64,000 nucleotides of DNA from Acidobacteriota bacterium (GCA_027459505.1 DAIDIE010000019.1:49645-113644); one strand, 5' to 3'; positions 27,706-36,748 are shown, counted from the stretch's first letter. Numbers and translations are program-made. Notes: generated from the letters alone by a model not told the origin.

Positions 27706-27820
27706 ACGAGCCAGGGCCGAGTCGAACTCGTTTCGAGTTCGAAGTCGCAGGCGGAAGTGACAACGAAGGCCCGGGGTTGCCGTTTAGGTCTCACACCGCT
27801 GGCGACTAAAGGCCGGCCAC
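27706..27820 (+). repeat. Dispersed structured repeat, subtype A (core)
   Basis: ACGAGCCAGGGCCGAGTCGAACTCGTTTCGAGTTCGAAGTCGCAGG...GGGGTTGCCGTTTAGGTC...ACCGCTGGCGACTAAAG.CCGGCCAC. Confidence 0.9.
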
Positions 27821-27966
27821 TTAACCCCCCCCTAGAAAAAAGCTTTTGCGCCTCGCCGCGGGGTGTTCCCCCACCAGGTGGATCCTTAGTTCCACAGGAC
27901 TTTCCGGGGCCGACCGTCCCGCTCAACCAAACCTCCAAATGCGATTGTGAAATGATCAATTTTTCG

Positions 27967-28009
27967 TTGACTTCTCTGCAATTGCGGCCAATAATCTGTA
28001 GCGCTATAG
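27967..28009 (+). promoter_or_regulatory. sigma70 promoter with overlapping LacI-type operator
   Basis: TTGACT-N17-AATAAT (27967-27995), followed directly by TGTAGCGCTATAG (27997-28009) over the expected start site. Confidence 0.7.
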
Positions 28010-28037
28010 AACGAAATCATTGTGTGCGGAGCATCTC

Positions 28038-29651
28038 ATGCGTCGTCTGGTGACTGCTGCCTTGGCTTGTTTGCCCCTCTTTCTCACCGCATGCGGCGGT
28101 GGAGGGTCATCCACGTCCTCTTCAATATTGATGTCAACGACCCCCGCCCCCGGGGTGACCGCTACCTCGCCGCAAAGCGGTGCGACCTTCGTCGCTGTCA
28201 ATGGCACAATCACCGCGACGTTTAATCAGGCGATGAGTGCCTCCAGCCTGACTAGCACTACCTTTACGCTTTCCTCGGCCGCCGGCGGCGCCGTGACCGG
28301 TTCAGTTACCTACGACAGCACCAAGACGACCGCGACCTTTACTCCTTCGGCCAATCTGGCCTTCAGTACCTTGTATACGGCTACTCTGACCACTGGCGTG
28401 ACTTCGGCGGCCGGAACGCCTCTTGGAATTGCATATTCGTGGACGTTTACCACGCAAGCCACCGCCAACGATCAGGCCGTTCTGGATTTCGCAACTACCC
28501 ACCAGACCATTCGCGGCTTTGGTGGTTCCACCGCCTGGATGCCGGCCATGCCCACCTCTGAAGCCAGCGCTCTATTTGGCACTGGCAATAACCAGATCGG
28601 CCTCAGCATCCTGCGTGTGCGCATCGACCCCAGTTCCGTCACCGGCGGCTCGAATTGGGCGACCGAGCTCACCAACGCACAGGAGGCGATCGCGGCGGGG
28701 AGCAACGTCAGCATCATCGCCACTCCATGGACGCCGCCGGCCGCATGGAAAAGCAACAACAGCACCGTCATGGGTTCGCTCAATCCGGCCAATTACGGCG
28801 ATTACGCCAACTACCTGGAGAGTTTCGTAAATTATTTCGCCACCGGCGGCGTCCCGCTCTACGCCATCTCCATGCAGAACGAACCCGACGCGAACGTCAA
28901 TTATGAATCCTGCGCCTGGACGGGAGCGCAGATGGACACCTGGGTGGCGAACAACTCTTCCGTATTGACTACCCGCCTGATGATGCCCGAATCAGAAGGC
29001 TTCAATCCCGCCTATTCCGACCCCTCTCTCAACGACCCCAACGCGGTCGGCAAGATTTCAATCATTGCGGGACACATCTACGGAACTTCTCCCAGCTACT
29101 ACACCAATGCCGAAAATGCCGGCAAAGAAGTTTGGATGACCGAGCATTATCTCTCGCCAGTGGGCGGCTCAACCGCCGCGGCCACGATTTCCGATGGCCT
29201 GCTCGCAGCCAAAGAGATTAACGACGCCCTCACCACAGCTGACTACAACGCTTATGTCTGGTGGTGGGTGGCAAACTGGAACCCGGGTAGCCCAACCAAC
29301 ACTGGCTTGGTGGATACCAGCTACGCGCCAACCTATTTTGGCTGGGCGATGGCGCAGTTTGCTCGCTTCATCCGTCCGGGATACGTGCGTGTGGACTCGA
29401 CCTTGAATCCCGCGCCCAATGTGTATGTTTCGGCCTATCAGGGCGGCGGCCACTTCGTCGTAGTCGCCATCAACATGGGGACTACCGATGTGAGTCAGGC
29501 GTTCCTGGTGCAAAACCAGGCCTTGGCCACGTTAACGCCTTATCAGACCAGCGCGACGGCCACGGTAGCGCAGCAGAACCCGGTTGCCGTTACCGGCGGC
29601 CAGTTCAGTTACACGCTTCCGGCCCAGAGCATCACCACCTTTGTGCAGTAG
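28038..29651 (+). CDS. GH30 glucuronoxylanase-like lipoprotein with N-terminal Ig-like (Big_5/SbsA) domain
   Basis: Lipobox LTAC, Ig-like ITATFNQAM..TATFTP..YSWTFTT, then GFGGS, QNEPD, WMTEH, FARFIRPG. Confidence 0.85.
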   Translation: MRRLVTAALACLPLFLTACGGGGSSTSSSILMSTTPAPGVTATSPQSGATFVAVNGTITATFNQAMSASSLTSTTFTLSSAAGGAVTGSVTYDSTKTTATFTPSANLAFSTLYTATLTTGVTSAAGTPLGIAYSWTFTTQATANDQAVLDFATTHQTIRGFGGSTAWMPAMPTSEASALFGTGNNQIGLSILRVRIDPSSVTGGSNWATELTNAQEAIAAGSNVSIIATPWTPPAAWKSNNSTVMGSLNPANYGDYANYLESFVNYFATGGVPLYAISMQNEPDANVNYESCAWTGAQMDTWVANNSSVLTTRLMMPESEGFNPAYSDPSLNDPNAVGKISIIAGHIYGTSPSYYTNAENAGKEVWMTEHYLSPVGGSTAAATISDGLLAAKEINDALTTADYNAYVWWWVANWNPGSPTNTGLVDTSYAPTYFGWAMAQFARFIRPGYVRVDSTLNPAPNVYVSAYQGGGHFVVVAINMGTTDVSQAFLVQNQALATLTPYQTSATATVAQQNPVAVTGGQFSYTLPAQSITTFVQ

Positions 29652-29672
29652 CGCTGTGTGCCGCGTGGCGGC

Positions 29673-30554
29673 TTAAACGTTGCAGAGCCGCACCGCCCGG
29701 CGCAGGCTATCGAGCGGTGCGCCGGTGGGAACGAACTCGTGAGCCACATAACCCTGGAATCCAGTGGCCAGGATGGCCCGCATCACTCCGTCCCAGCGAA
29801 CTTCCTGATGGCCATCCAACTCATGGCGGTTGGGAACCCCACCGGTGTGGAAGTGCGCAATCCACTGATGATCAGCCTGGATCGTGCGAATGAGATCCCC
29901 TTCCATGATCTGCATGTGGTAGATGTCGTAAAGTAATTTCACGCGCGGCGAGTTTACCGCCTGCATAACTCCGGCGCCCCAGGCGGTGTGATCGCACATA
30001 TAGCCCGGATGGTCCACTTTGCTGTTGAGCAACTCCATGCACAGTGTGACGCCGAAGTCCTCCGCCATGGCCTTCACACGGTTAAGGCCGGTAATGCAAT
30101 TGGCGGCGCCTTGCGCGTCATCCATACCGTCCCGGCGTCCGGAGAAGAGGATCACGTTTGGCACCCCTTGCTTCTTCGCCAACGGCAGGTATTTCCGCAA
30201 ACACTTTTCCATGAAGGGGTGGAACTCCAGCCGGTTGATGCCGTGGTACAGATCAGTCATGCCGGCGTAGCCCATGGCACAGACCAAGCCATACCTTCTG
30301 GGGATGGACCACTCCTCCGGCTGCAGCAGGTCAATGCCCCGGAGTCCCATCTCCGCGCCCGCCCGGCAGAGTTCGTCCACCGACAGATGCGGATAGCACC
30401 AACGCGCCGCCGACTGCTTTAATCGTCCGGCGCCTGGCTTCGGAGGTTCCCCGTCCGGCGTGTTCTGCGCAGGTAATGCTTGCGGATGCACAAGTGCGGC
30501 CGCGACACCGGCAAGTGAGCGGCCAAGCCAGCCGCGGCGAGTCCAGGTGCTCAT
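29673..30554 (-). CDS. Hydroxypyruvate isomerase-family TIM barrel, Tat signal
   Basis: TRRGWL Tat-like motif, MELLNSKVDHPGY, LYDIYHMQIMEGD, HFHTGGVP, HEF. Confidence 0.85.
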   Translation of the reverse strand: MSTWTRRGWLGRSLAGVAAALVHPQALPAQNTPDGEPPKPGAGRLKQSAARWCYPHLSVDELCRAGAEMGLRGIDLLQPEEWSIPRRYGLVCAMGYAGMTDLYHGINRLEFHPFMEKCLRKYLPLAKKQGVPNVILFSGRRDGMDDAQGAANCITGLNRVKAMAEDFGVTLCMELLNSKVDHPGYMCDHTAWGAGVMQAVNSPRVKLLYDIYHMQIMEGDLIRTIQADHQWIAHFHTGGVPNRHELDGHQEVRWDGVMRAILATGFQGYVAHEFVPTGAPLDSLRRAVRLCNV

Positions 30555-30580
30555 AAGATGAAATCCAGGTTGTGCTTCTG

Positions 30581-30793
30581 ACGAGCCAGAGCCGAGTCGA
30601 ACTGCTTTCGAGTTTGAAATCGCAGGCCGAAGCCGTAGCAAAGGTTCGGGGTTGCCGTTTTGGTTCCGCACCGCTGGCGACTAGTAAAGCCCGGCCACCA
30701 TCCGTGAGCTTCGGCCGGGGTCCCCGCGCCGCGCCGCGCGGCGTGGGGTGGGGCCGGACACCGAAGCGGGTGGAATAAAAGCGGCCGTGCCGC
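30581..30793 (+). repeat. Dispersed structured repeat, subtype A (full copy with expanded hairpin)
   Basis: Colinear with 15705-15875, but the loop of the GCTTCGG/CCGAAGC stem carries an extra CCCCGCGCCGCG/CGCGGCGTGGGG hairpin. Confidence 0.9.
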
Positions 30794-30818
30794 TGAACCG
30801 CCAACCTTAGGCCGCCGG

Positions 30819-31478
30819 CTACTCCGGCAGCCAGCCTGGTTCGGATTGCAAGGCGTCCCATTGGTCCATGCAAAAGCGCGACCAGGTTTCCAGCTCAATA
30901 TACCCGGACTGTCCCTGCGCCGCACGAAGATTGTCAATGGACTCGAAGCGCGGCTGCGCGATTTTGCTTTCGCGGCGCTTCACCACCGGCTCGGACAGTT
31001 CCCAGAGGTGAATGATGCCAAAGTGAACCTTGCCGACCTCGTTGCTGTCGTCGTTGATCACCCCCACCATTCGCCGCCGGCCCACCAGACCGGAAGGAAT
31101 CTCGATCTCCTCGTCCACCTCGCGATCCAGCGCCGCCTCGTAAGCCGGCCACCCCGGGGCGGCAAAAATGGATTCGTCGGTGGGATTCACATGGCCTCCT
31201 ACGCCGATCGACGTTTGCGCCACCAGCCGGCTCTCCCCAGAGGCCTTGCCGCGTTTGTAGGTAAACACCTGATCGCCGCAGTAGAGAATGACGTAAGGGA
31301 TGATCTGTTTCCAGGCTGGGTCCTGTTCGGCGTCGCGGCGCGCCAGAAAGCGGCTGTTGGAAGGGTCGAAAACGAAACGCAACAGCTCCTGAGCCCCGGC
31401 CAGCGCGCCGTGAACCCGCTGTTTGGCGAACAATGCGGCGGTGGGTACCGCCAAGACCAGTTCATCCGCAACATTCAT
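30819..31478 (-). CDS. Predicted Nudix-fold phosphoesterase
   Basis: AEQDPAWKQIIPY, ESRL, SIGVGGH, REVDEE Nudix-like box, INDDSNEVGKVHFG, LETWS. Confidence 0.8.
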   Translation of the reverse strand: MNVADELVLAVPTAALFAKQRVHGALAGAQELLRFVFDPSNSRFLARRDAEQDPAWKQIIPYVILYCGDQVFTYKRGKASGESRLVAQTSIGVGGHVNPTDESIFAAPGWPAYEAALDREVDEEIEIPSGLVGRRRMVGVINDDSNEVGKVHFGIIHLWELSEPVVKRRESKIAQPRFESIDNLRAAQGQSGYIELETWSRFCMDQWDALQSEPGWLPE

Positions 31479-31594
31479 GGCCCGTGTACACTAGCTGTTT
31501 AAAGCCCCTCTCCAGAATTGGACTGGCAGCCAGTCTATTGTGACAGGCGGAACGGCGTGGCGCGAGCCCTGCCGGGAGGGGATGGGAGGCTTCT

Positions 31595-32596
31595 TTGGTC
31601 ATCGGCCTGACAGGCACCAACGGTTCTGGGAAGACAACGCTCGCCAACCATCTGCAGGCGAAGGGCTTTTATCCGCTCTCCCTGTCGGACGAAATTCGCG
31701 AGGAGTTGCAGCGGCTGCATCTCCCCGTCGACCGCCCCCACATGATCGAAAAGGGCAACGAGCTGCGCCGCAACTATGGGCAGAACGTGCTGGCGGTGCG
31801 AACCCTGCGCAAGATTCAGCCGGACCGCAACTACACCGTCGATTCCATTCGTCATCCCACCGAGATCGAGGCGCTGCGCGGATTGCAGGGTTTTCACCTG
31901 CTGCATGTGGATGCGCCGCTGCGTGTTCGTTATGAACGCGCCTTGCAGCGCCAGGATGCGCGCACCCCGAAAACCTATGAGGAATTCGTGGAGTTGGAAG
32001 CGCGCGAGCTGAGCGGCTCCACGCCCGAGGGACAGAACCTCAACGCCTGCGCGGCCATGGCCGACGTGGTGCTGCAGAACGACGGCACCGTGGAACAGTT
32101 CCTGGCAAAAGCGGAAAAACAGATCATCGACTGGATGCGCCATCATCCCCGCCCCGGCTGGGACGAATATTTTATGCGCATCGCCCGCATGACCGCCTTG
32201 CGCAGCAACTGCGTCAAGCGCAAGGTCGCCGCCATCATCGTGCGCGACCGTCGCATCATTTCGACTGGGTACAACGGCACGCCGCGCGGCGTCACCAACT
32301 GTAATGAGGGCGGCTGCCAGCGCTGCAACAGCCTCGCCGCCAGCGGGACCAGACTGGATGAATGCGTCTGCTCCCATGGCGAGGAAAACGCCATCGTGCA
32401 GGCCGCCTATCATGGCATCAGCATCAAGGACGCGGTGCTCTACTCCACCTTTGCGCCCTGCCTGCAATGTACGAAAATGATCATCAACGCCGGAATTCGC
32501 GAGGTGGTATTCAACGCCCATTACCCGCTTAATGACACCGCTCTGCAAATCATGCAGCAGGCAGGCGTCACGCTCCGGCAAATCGAATTGGACTAG
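31595..32596 (+). CDS. P-loop nucleotide kinase-like domain fused to dCMP deaminase
   Basis: N-terminal IGLTGTNGSGKTT and DSIRHP; C-terminal PGWDEYFM, STGYNG, HGEENA (HxE), PCLQC. TTG start with GGAGG RBS. Confidence 0.9.
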   Translation: MVIGLTGTNGSGKTTLANHLQAKGFYPLSLSDEIREELQRLHLPVDRPHMIEKGNELRRNYGQNVLAVRTLRKIQPDRNYTVDSIRHPTEIEALRGLQGFHLLHVDAPLRVRYERALQRQDARTPKTYEEFVELEARELSGSTPEGQNLNACAAMADVVLQNDGTVEQFLAKAEKQIIDWMRHHPRPGWDEYFMRIARMTALRSNCVKRKVAAIIVRDRRIISTGYNGTPRGVTNCNEGGCQRCNSLAASGTRLDECVCSHGEENAIVQAAYHGISIKDAVLYSTFAPCLQCTKMIINAGIREVVFNAHYPLNDTALQIMQQAGVTLRQIELD

Positions 32597-32620
32597 AGGG
32601 ATTGGAAGGAGAAGATCAGG

Positions 32621-33031
32621 ATGTATCCGGAATTCATGATTGCCCCCATGCGTGAAGAATTGACCAGGGTGGGAGTTGAAGAGACCCGTAGCCCTGAGCA
32701 AGTCGACGCCGCTATCGCCCAGCCAGGGACGCTGCTGGTGGTCGTCAACTCAGTCTGTGGCTGCGCGGCGGCCAAGGCCCGGCCGGGCGTTGCGATGGCG
32801 CTCAATCACGCCAAGCGCCCGCAGCGGGCCATCACCGTCTTTGCTGGCGCCGATATGGAAGCTACCGAACGCGCCCGCGGCTACTTTGCCCCGTATCGCC
32901 CCTCCTCGCCCCAGATCGCCCTCTTCCGTGATGGAAAGCTGGTGCACATGCTGGAGCGGCACCAGATTGAGGGCCGCACCGCCATCGACATTGCCGCCGA
33001 CCTGACCGCCGCCTTCGATCAGCACTGCTGA
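32621..33031 (+). CDS. Bacilliredoxin BrxA/BrxB family
   Basis: NSVCGCAA, ARPG, TVFAG, PSSP and ERHQIEG motifs. Confidence 0.9.
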   Translation: MYPEFMIAPMREELTRVGVEETRSPEQVDAAIAQPGTLLVVVNSVCGCAAAKARPGVAMALNHAKRPQRAITVFAGADMEATERARGYFAPYRPSSPQIALFRDGKLVHMLERHQIEGRTAIDIAADLTAAFDQHC

Positions 33032-33213
33032 GCCGCCGGAGCGGTGCTCTCAGCTCCCGGGCAGTCCTGCTCCGCAGCACTGCAAACGCGCTGCCTTTGC
33101 CTCCCAAGGGCGCAACTTGACTGCCGGATGCGTGCATCTGTGCAGGTATCGAGTATGAGTCTGCGCGCTCGGCTTCAAAGGCTGGCGCGGTCGCATTTTC
33201 ACGTCAGGAGGGG

Positions 33214-33483
33214 ATGATGGATAAGTTCTACGCATTTTTGGGCGGATTGGGTGTTGGGGCGTTGATTGGCGTCTTGTATGCGCCGCGCTCCGGCGAGGAG
33301 ACGCGCAACTTCATCGCACAGAAGGCACAGGACAGCAAGGAATACGTCTCGCGCCAGGCCGCCGACCTCAGCCAGCGCGCGAATGACCTGGTCGAACGCG
33401 GCAAAGCCGTTGTCGGACAGCAGAAAGACCGCTTCAACGAGGCGGTGGATCGCGGCACCCAGGCCTATCGCGAAGCCCTGTAA
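33214..33483 (+). CDS. YtxH-domain protein
   Basis: FLGGLGVGALIGVLYAPRSGEETR followed by a coiled coil; AGGAGG RBS. Confidence 0.85.
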   Translation: MMDKFYAFLGGLGVGALIGVLYAPRSGEETRNFIAQKAQDSKEYVSRQAADLSQRANDLVERGKAVVGQQKDRFNEAVDRGTQAYREAL

Positions 33484-33498
33484 GTGAAGTTCAGATGA

Positions 33499-33542
33499 AA
33501 ACGGCAAAGGCGGCTCGCCGCGGCGAGCCGCCTTTGCCGTTT
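33499..33542. terminator. Perfect 44-bp palindrome between convergent genes (likely bidirectional terminator)
   Basis: AAACGGCAAAGGCGGCTCGCCG|CGGCGAGCCGCCTTTGCCGTTT, with no spacer. Confidence 0.7.
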
Positions 33543-33564
33543 GTTGAAGTGTTGCTGTTGCCCT

Positions 33565-34062
33565 TCAGAAGGTTTTGGCGACCGCGTGCGCCGCCTTGTG
33601 AAAACCATGCGCGGTGGCGTGAGCCGTGGCCCGCGCTCCGTGCCGTGTCGCCCGCGCGGTCTTATGCAGACCATGCCGGGTGGCTCGTGTGGTCTTGTGC
33701 AAGCCCCGGCGGGTCTTGTGAGCGGTGGTATGGGCGAAGCGCCGCGTTTTGTGGGCGCTCTTATGGGCAACGCGCCGGGTGGTATGCGCCGTGCGGTGCG
33801 CGACATGGCGGGTGCCACGCGCGGTGCGATGCGCCACCTTCCTGGTGCCGTGGACCGCCTTGCGCGTCCCCTTGCGGACGGCATGCGCAGTCTTGTGGGA
33901 GCCACGCTTGATGGCGTGCCCCGTATCCTGCGCGGCATCCTGCGCTTTGTGCAGAATAGTCATGCCCAGAGCGGAGGCCCGCAGCGGTCCACCCACGATA
34001 ACCAGTCCAGCGGCTAAACAAGTGCAGTAAAAAATGCGGCGGAGTTCCTGAATCGTGCTCAT
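33565..34062 (-). CDS. Secreted His/Arg/Lys-rich 11-mer repeat protein
   Basis: Signal peptide, then repeats TRKVAHRTARG / TRHVAHRTAHT / TRRVAHKSAHK / TRRFAHTTAHK / TRRGLHKTTRA / TRHGLHKTARA. Confidence 0.75.
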   Translation of the reverse strand: MSTIQELRRIFYCTCLAAGLVIVGGPLRASALGMTILHKAQDAAQDTGHAIKRGSHKTAHAVRKGTRKAVHGTRKVAHRTARGTRHVAHRTAHTTRRVAHKSAHKTRRFAHTTAHKTRRGLHKTTRATRHGLHKTARATRHGARATAHATAHGFHKAAHAVAKTF

Positions 34063-34147
34063 GTGTACTTAGATGCAGATGGCCGGCAAAAGATTTCATT
34101 AAGCCTGGAATAAACCCGCACTCCCCCGCCTGTTCCGGCGAACGGCC

Positions 34148-34795
34148 TTAGCGGCCTGTCCCACCGCCGGCCGGGCAGCTCCAGCGGTCCACCAACTCCC
34201 ACCAGAGTAGCTTTTCCCATTCCGTGCTGACCGTCTTCATCCATTCGCGCCGCCTCCACCAGTGTTTCCCGAAAAGCGGATGGTAATGCGCGTCAGCCAC
34301 CGACCAGCGGTACTGCGGCAGGCAATGGCGCATAATGGCCAGCGCGCGCCGGCTATGGTAATCGGAGGTCACCAGCAGAACCGAGTGGATCGGCGGCGTC
34401 TGCGCCTGGAGGCAGCGCGCAATCGCCCGCGTCTCCCCCTTGGTGGAATCGGCCCAGGTCGGGCAGACATGGACGCGCGCGGCCAGGGTCCCGGCGCTGG
34501 CCGCAATGAAGGCCGGAGCCCGCTGCGCGTCGGTTTGCCCCAAATTCACCCAGCGCGCATTCACGTCAACGTAGAGTTGCTCCCCCTCGGCGGCGCGCAG
34601 TTCATCCAGTCCCTTCCAGTAGCGTGAATCGTTGGCGTCCCCGGCCAGCACGACGATCGCGTCCGAGGGTTCGGGATGGTTCCGAACCAGCCACACAGCC
34701 GCATGCCGTGCCACCCAAACCGCGAGCAAAAGCACGAGCACTGCCAGGGCCAATTTCACGATCTGGCCGCGACGGCGAGTCAAGAAGCCGGTCAA
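34148..34795 (-). CDS. YdcF/DUF218-family protein
   Basis: TM anchor, DAIVVLAG, STKGE, LLVTSDYHSRRA, EWEK; start uncertain. Confidence 0.8.
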   Translation of the reverse strand: MTGFLTRRRGQIVKLALAVLVLLLAVWVARHAAVWLVRNHPEPSDAIVVLAGDANDSRYWKGLDELRAAEGEQLYVDVNARWVNLGQTDAQRAPAFIAASAGTLAARVHVCPTWADSTKGETRAIARCLQAQTPPIHSVLLVTSDYHSRRALAIMRHCLPQYRWSVADAHYHPLFGKHWWRRREWMKTVSTEWEKLLWWELVDRWSCPAGGGTGR

Positions 34796-35634
34796 CGCAC
34801 CGCCTCGATGTACTGCCGCACGATATCCGCAATCCACCCACCCTGCAGCGCGTAGCTTTGCGCCGCGAATTCCGCCTCAAACGCCTCCCACTGTTGTGGC
34901 GTGACCGTCAGACGGAAAGGTCGCAAAAACAGGGCGCCAGCGAATTTTAGATAGGCTTCGCGGTCGGGAAGTTCGGCCGGTGTGGGCTCCTCCCAGACCT
35001 GCACCTGGCGGTAGCCGCAGGCTTTCAACTGCTCGCGTGTGTCCTCCGCCGCCGGAATCGACAGTTCGGCCCACGACTGATGCAGAACTTCTTGCAGCCC
35101 CAGATCGCGCGCCGCCCGGTACGCGGCGGCATGCACCTTGCGCAGTGAGCCCTCTCCGTGCAGGCGCGCGGTCAGGCGGCCGCCTGCTTTCAGCAGCAGG
35201 TGCAAGCCCTTGTACAGATCCAGTTTGCTGGAAATGAAATGGAAGACCGAATTGGAAAGGATGCGGTCGATCGACTCGGGCCGCGGCAGGTCGCCTTCCC
35301 CGCGCAGCACCCGGTTCGGCAGCGCGAGCAGGTCGCAATGCGCGAGATGGACCCGCTCGCCGCCCGCTAATTGCTTCAGTTTGTGCCGCGCCTCCTCCAG
35401 CATGGCGGGATCGTTATCCACCGCCCAGATCTGGCCTTGAGGAACCCGTTCCAGCAATGCGGGGAGCAGCCGTCCGGAACCGCAGCCGGCATCCAGCACA
35501 TTGCGCACGCTCGCCCAGCTATGCCGGTCAAAAGCCGGCGCCCACGGCGGAGACTGAAACGCCGAGGCTGCCTCGTATTCACGCGGACTCCAGCGGGCGG
35601 GTGGCGGGCTGCCGGTGGCATCGTGCGAGTTCAT
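34792..35634 (-). CDS. Class I SAM-dependent methyltransferase (trans-aconitate MTase-like)
   Basis: VLDAGCGSG, AVDNDPAML, DRILSNSVFHF, LKAGGRL. Confidence 0.85.
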   Translation of the reverse strand: MNSHDATGSPPPARWSPREYEAASAFQSPPWAPAFDRHSWASVRNVLDAGCGSGRLLPALLERVPQGQIWAVDNDPAMLEEARHKLKQLAGGERVHLAHCDLLALPNRVLRGEGDLPRPESIDRILSNSVFHFISSKLDLYKGLHLLLKAGGRLTARLHGEGSLRKVHAAAYRAARDLGLQEVLHQSWAELSIPAAEDTREQLKACGYRQVQVWEEPTPAELPDREAYLKFAGALFLRPFRLTVTPQQWEAFEAEFAAQSYALQGGWIADIVRQYIEAVR

Positions 35635-35674
35635 AACCTAGATCATAGGAGACTTCGTGCCCCGCCGCTGGCGT

Positions 35675-35690
35675 TCCAGAGGAGCGAGCC
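35675..35690 (+). repeat. 5'-end fragment of dispersed repeat subtype B
   Basis: TCCAGAGGAGCGAGCC is identical (16 nt) to the outer end of the minus-strand copy near 53534-53549. GGCCCCGGTGGGAG at about 35808 resembles an internal B segment. Confidence 0.45.
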
Positions 35691-35857
35691 CTTTGCAACG
35701 CGCCGTTTGCTTGAAAAACAAAATTCCCCGAAAATGTTGCAAGCCCTCCATCCTCCGGCAACAAGCGGGCGTACCTTTCTGAATCAGGCACTCACGCCAT
35801 GGCCGCCGGCCCCGGTGGGAGGCCAGACGCCAGCGCCGGTCTTCGAGGCCCAACCCT

Positions 35858-36748
35858 ATGAGTCGCACAGTTCAGGTGGCAGTGCTCCAAACCTATGCCG
35901 GGGTGGATCCCGGCGATAACCTGCATCGCACGGTCGCGCTGGTGGAAGAAGCGGCCTCGCGCGGCGCGCAGATCATCTGCACCCAGGAACTTTTCCGCTC
36001 GCGCTATTTCTGCCAAAGCGAGGACCACGCCAATTTCGAACTGGCCGAAACGATTCCCGGCCCCAGCACGGAAGCGCTCGCCCGGGTAGCTCGCGCCAGG
36101 GGTGTCGTGATTGTGGCCTCGTTGTTTGAGCGCCGCGCGCCCGGCTTGTTTCATAACACAGCGGTCGTGCTGGACGCCGATGGCGCCCTTGCGGGAATGT
36201 ACCGCAAGATGCATATACCCGACGACCCGCTCTACTACGAGAAGTTCTACTTCACGCCGGGCGACCTCGGGTTCCGCAGCTTTGCCACCCGCTTTGGCCG
36301 GGTGGGCGTTCTGGTCTGCTGGGATCAATGGTTTCCCGAGGCGGCCCGCATGACCGCGCTGACCGGGGCGGAGATCCTGTTCTATCCCACCGCCATTGGC
36401 TGGCATCCCTCGGAAAAGCAGCAGTACGGAGAACGGCAGCAGCGCTCCTGGGAACTGATTCAGCGCAGCCATGCGATCGCCAACGGCCTGTTCGTCGCCG
36501 TTCCAAACCGCGTTGGGCACGAAGATGGCGTGGGCGAGGGCATCCAGTTCTGGGGCAACAGTTTCATCTGCGACACCTCCGGATCGCTGCTGGCCAAGGC
36601 CGGCTCCGAACGCGAGGAAATCCTGATTGCCGCTTGCGATCTGGATGAGCTGCAGACGGCGCGTACCCATTGGCCGTTTTTGCGTGACCGTCGCGTGGAC
36701 GCCTATGCCGGCCTCTGCCAGCGCTGGCTGGGAGAACCCGCGGGTTGA
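35858..36748 (+). CDS. Carbon-nitrogen hydrolase, N-carbamoylputrescine amidase-like
   Basis: Nitrilase triad: QELF, YRKMHIPDDP..YEKFYF, VCWDQWFPE, YPTAIG, FLRDRR. Confidence 0.9.
   Translation: MSRTVQVAVLQTYAGVDPGDNLHRTVALVEEAASRGAQIICTQELFRSRYFCQSEDHANFELAETIPGPSTEALARVARARGVVIVASLFERRAPGLFHNTAVVLDADGALAGMYRKMHIPDDPLYYEKFYFTPGDLGFRSFATRFGRVGVLVCWDQWFPEAARMTALTGAEILFYPTAIGWHPSEKQQYGERQQRSWELIQRSHAIANGLFVAVPNRVGHEDGVGEGIQFWGNSFICDTSGSLLAKAGSEREEILIAACDLDELQTARTHWPFLRDRRVDAYAGLCQRWLGEPAG

Noticed and set aside
15705-30793. CRISPR or other regularly spaced array
   Set aside because: Repeat copies are kilobases apart, over 100 nt long and divergent; there are no spacers and no cas genes.
33495-34017. 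Plus-strand repetitive ORFs (33495-33911, 33541-34017)
   Set aside because: Antisense shadows of the 33-bp periodic minus-strand gene, which has a signal peptide and is followed by the terminator.
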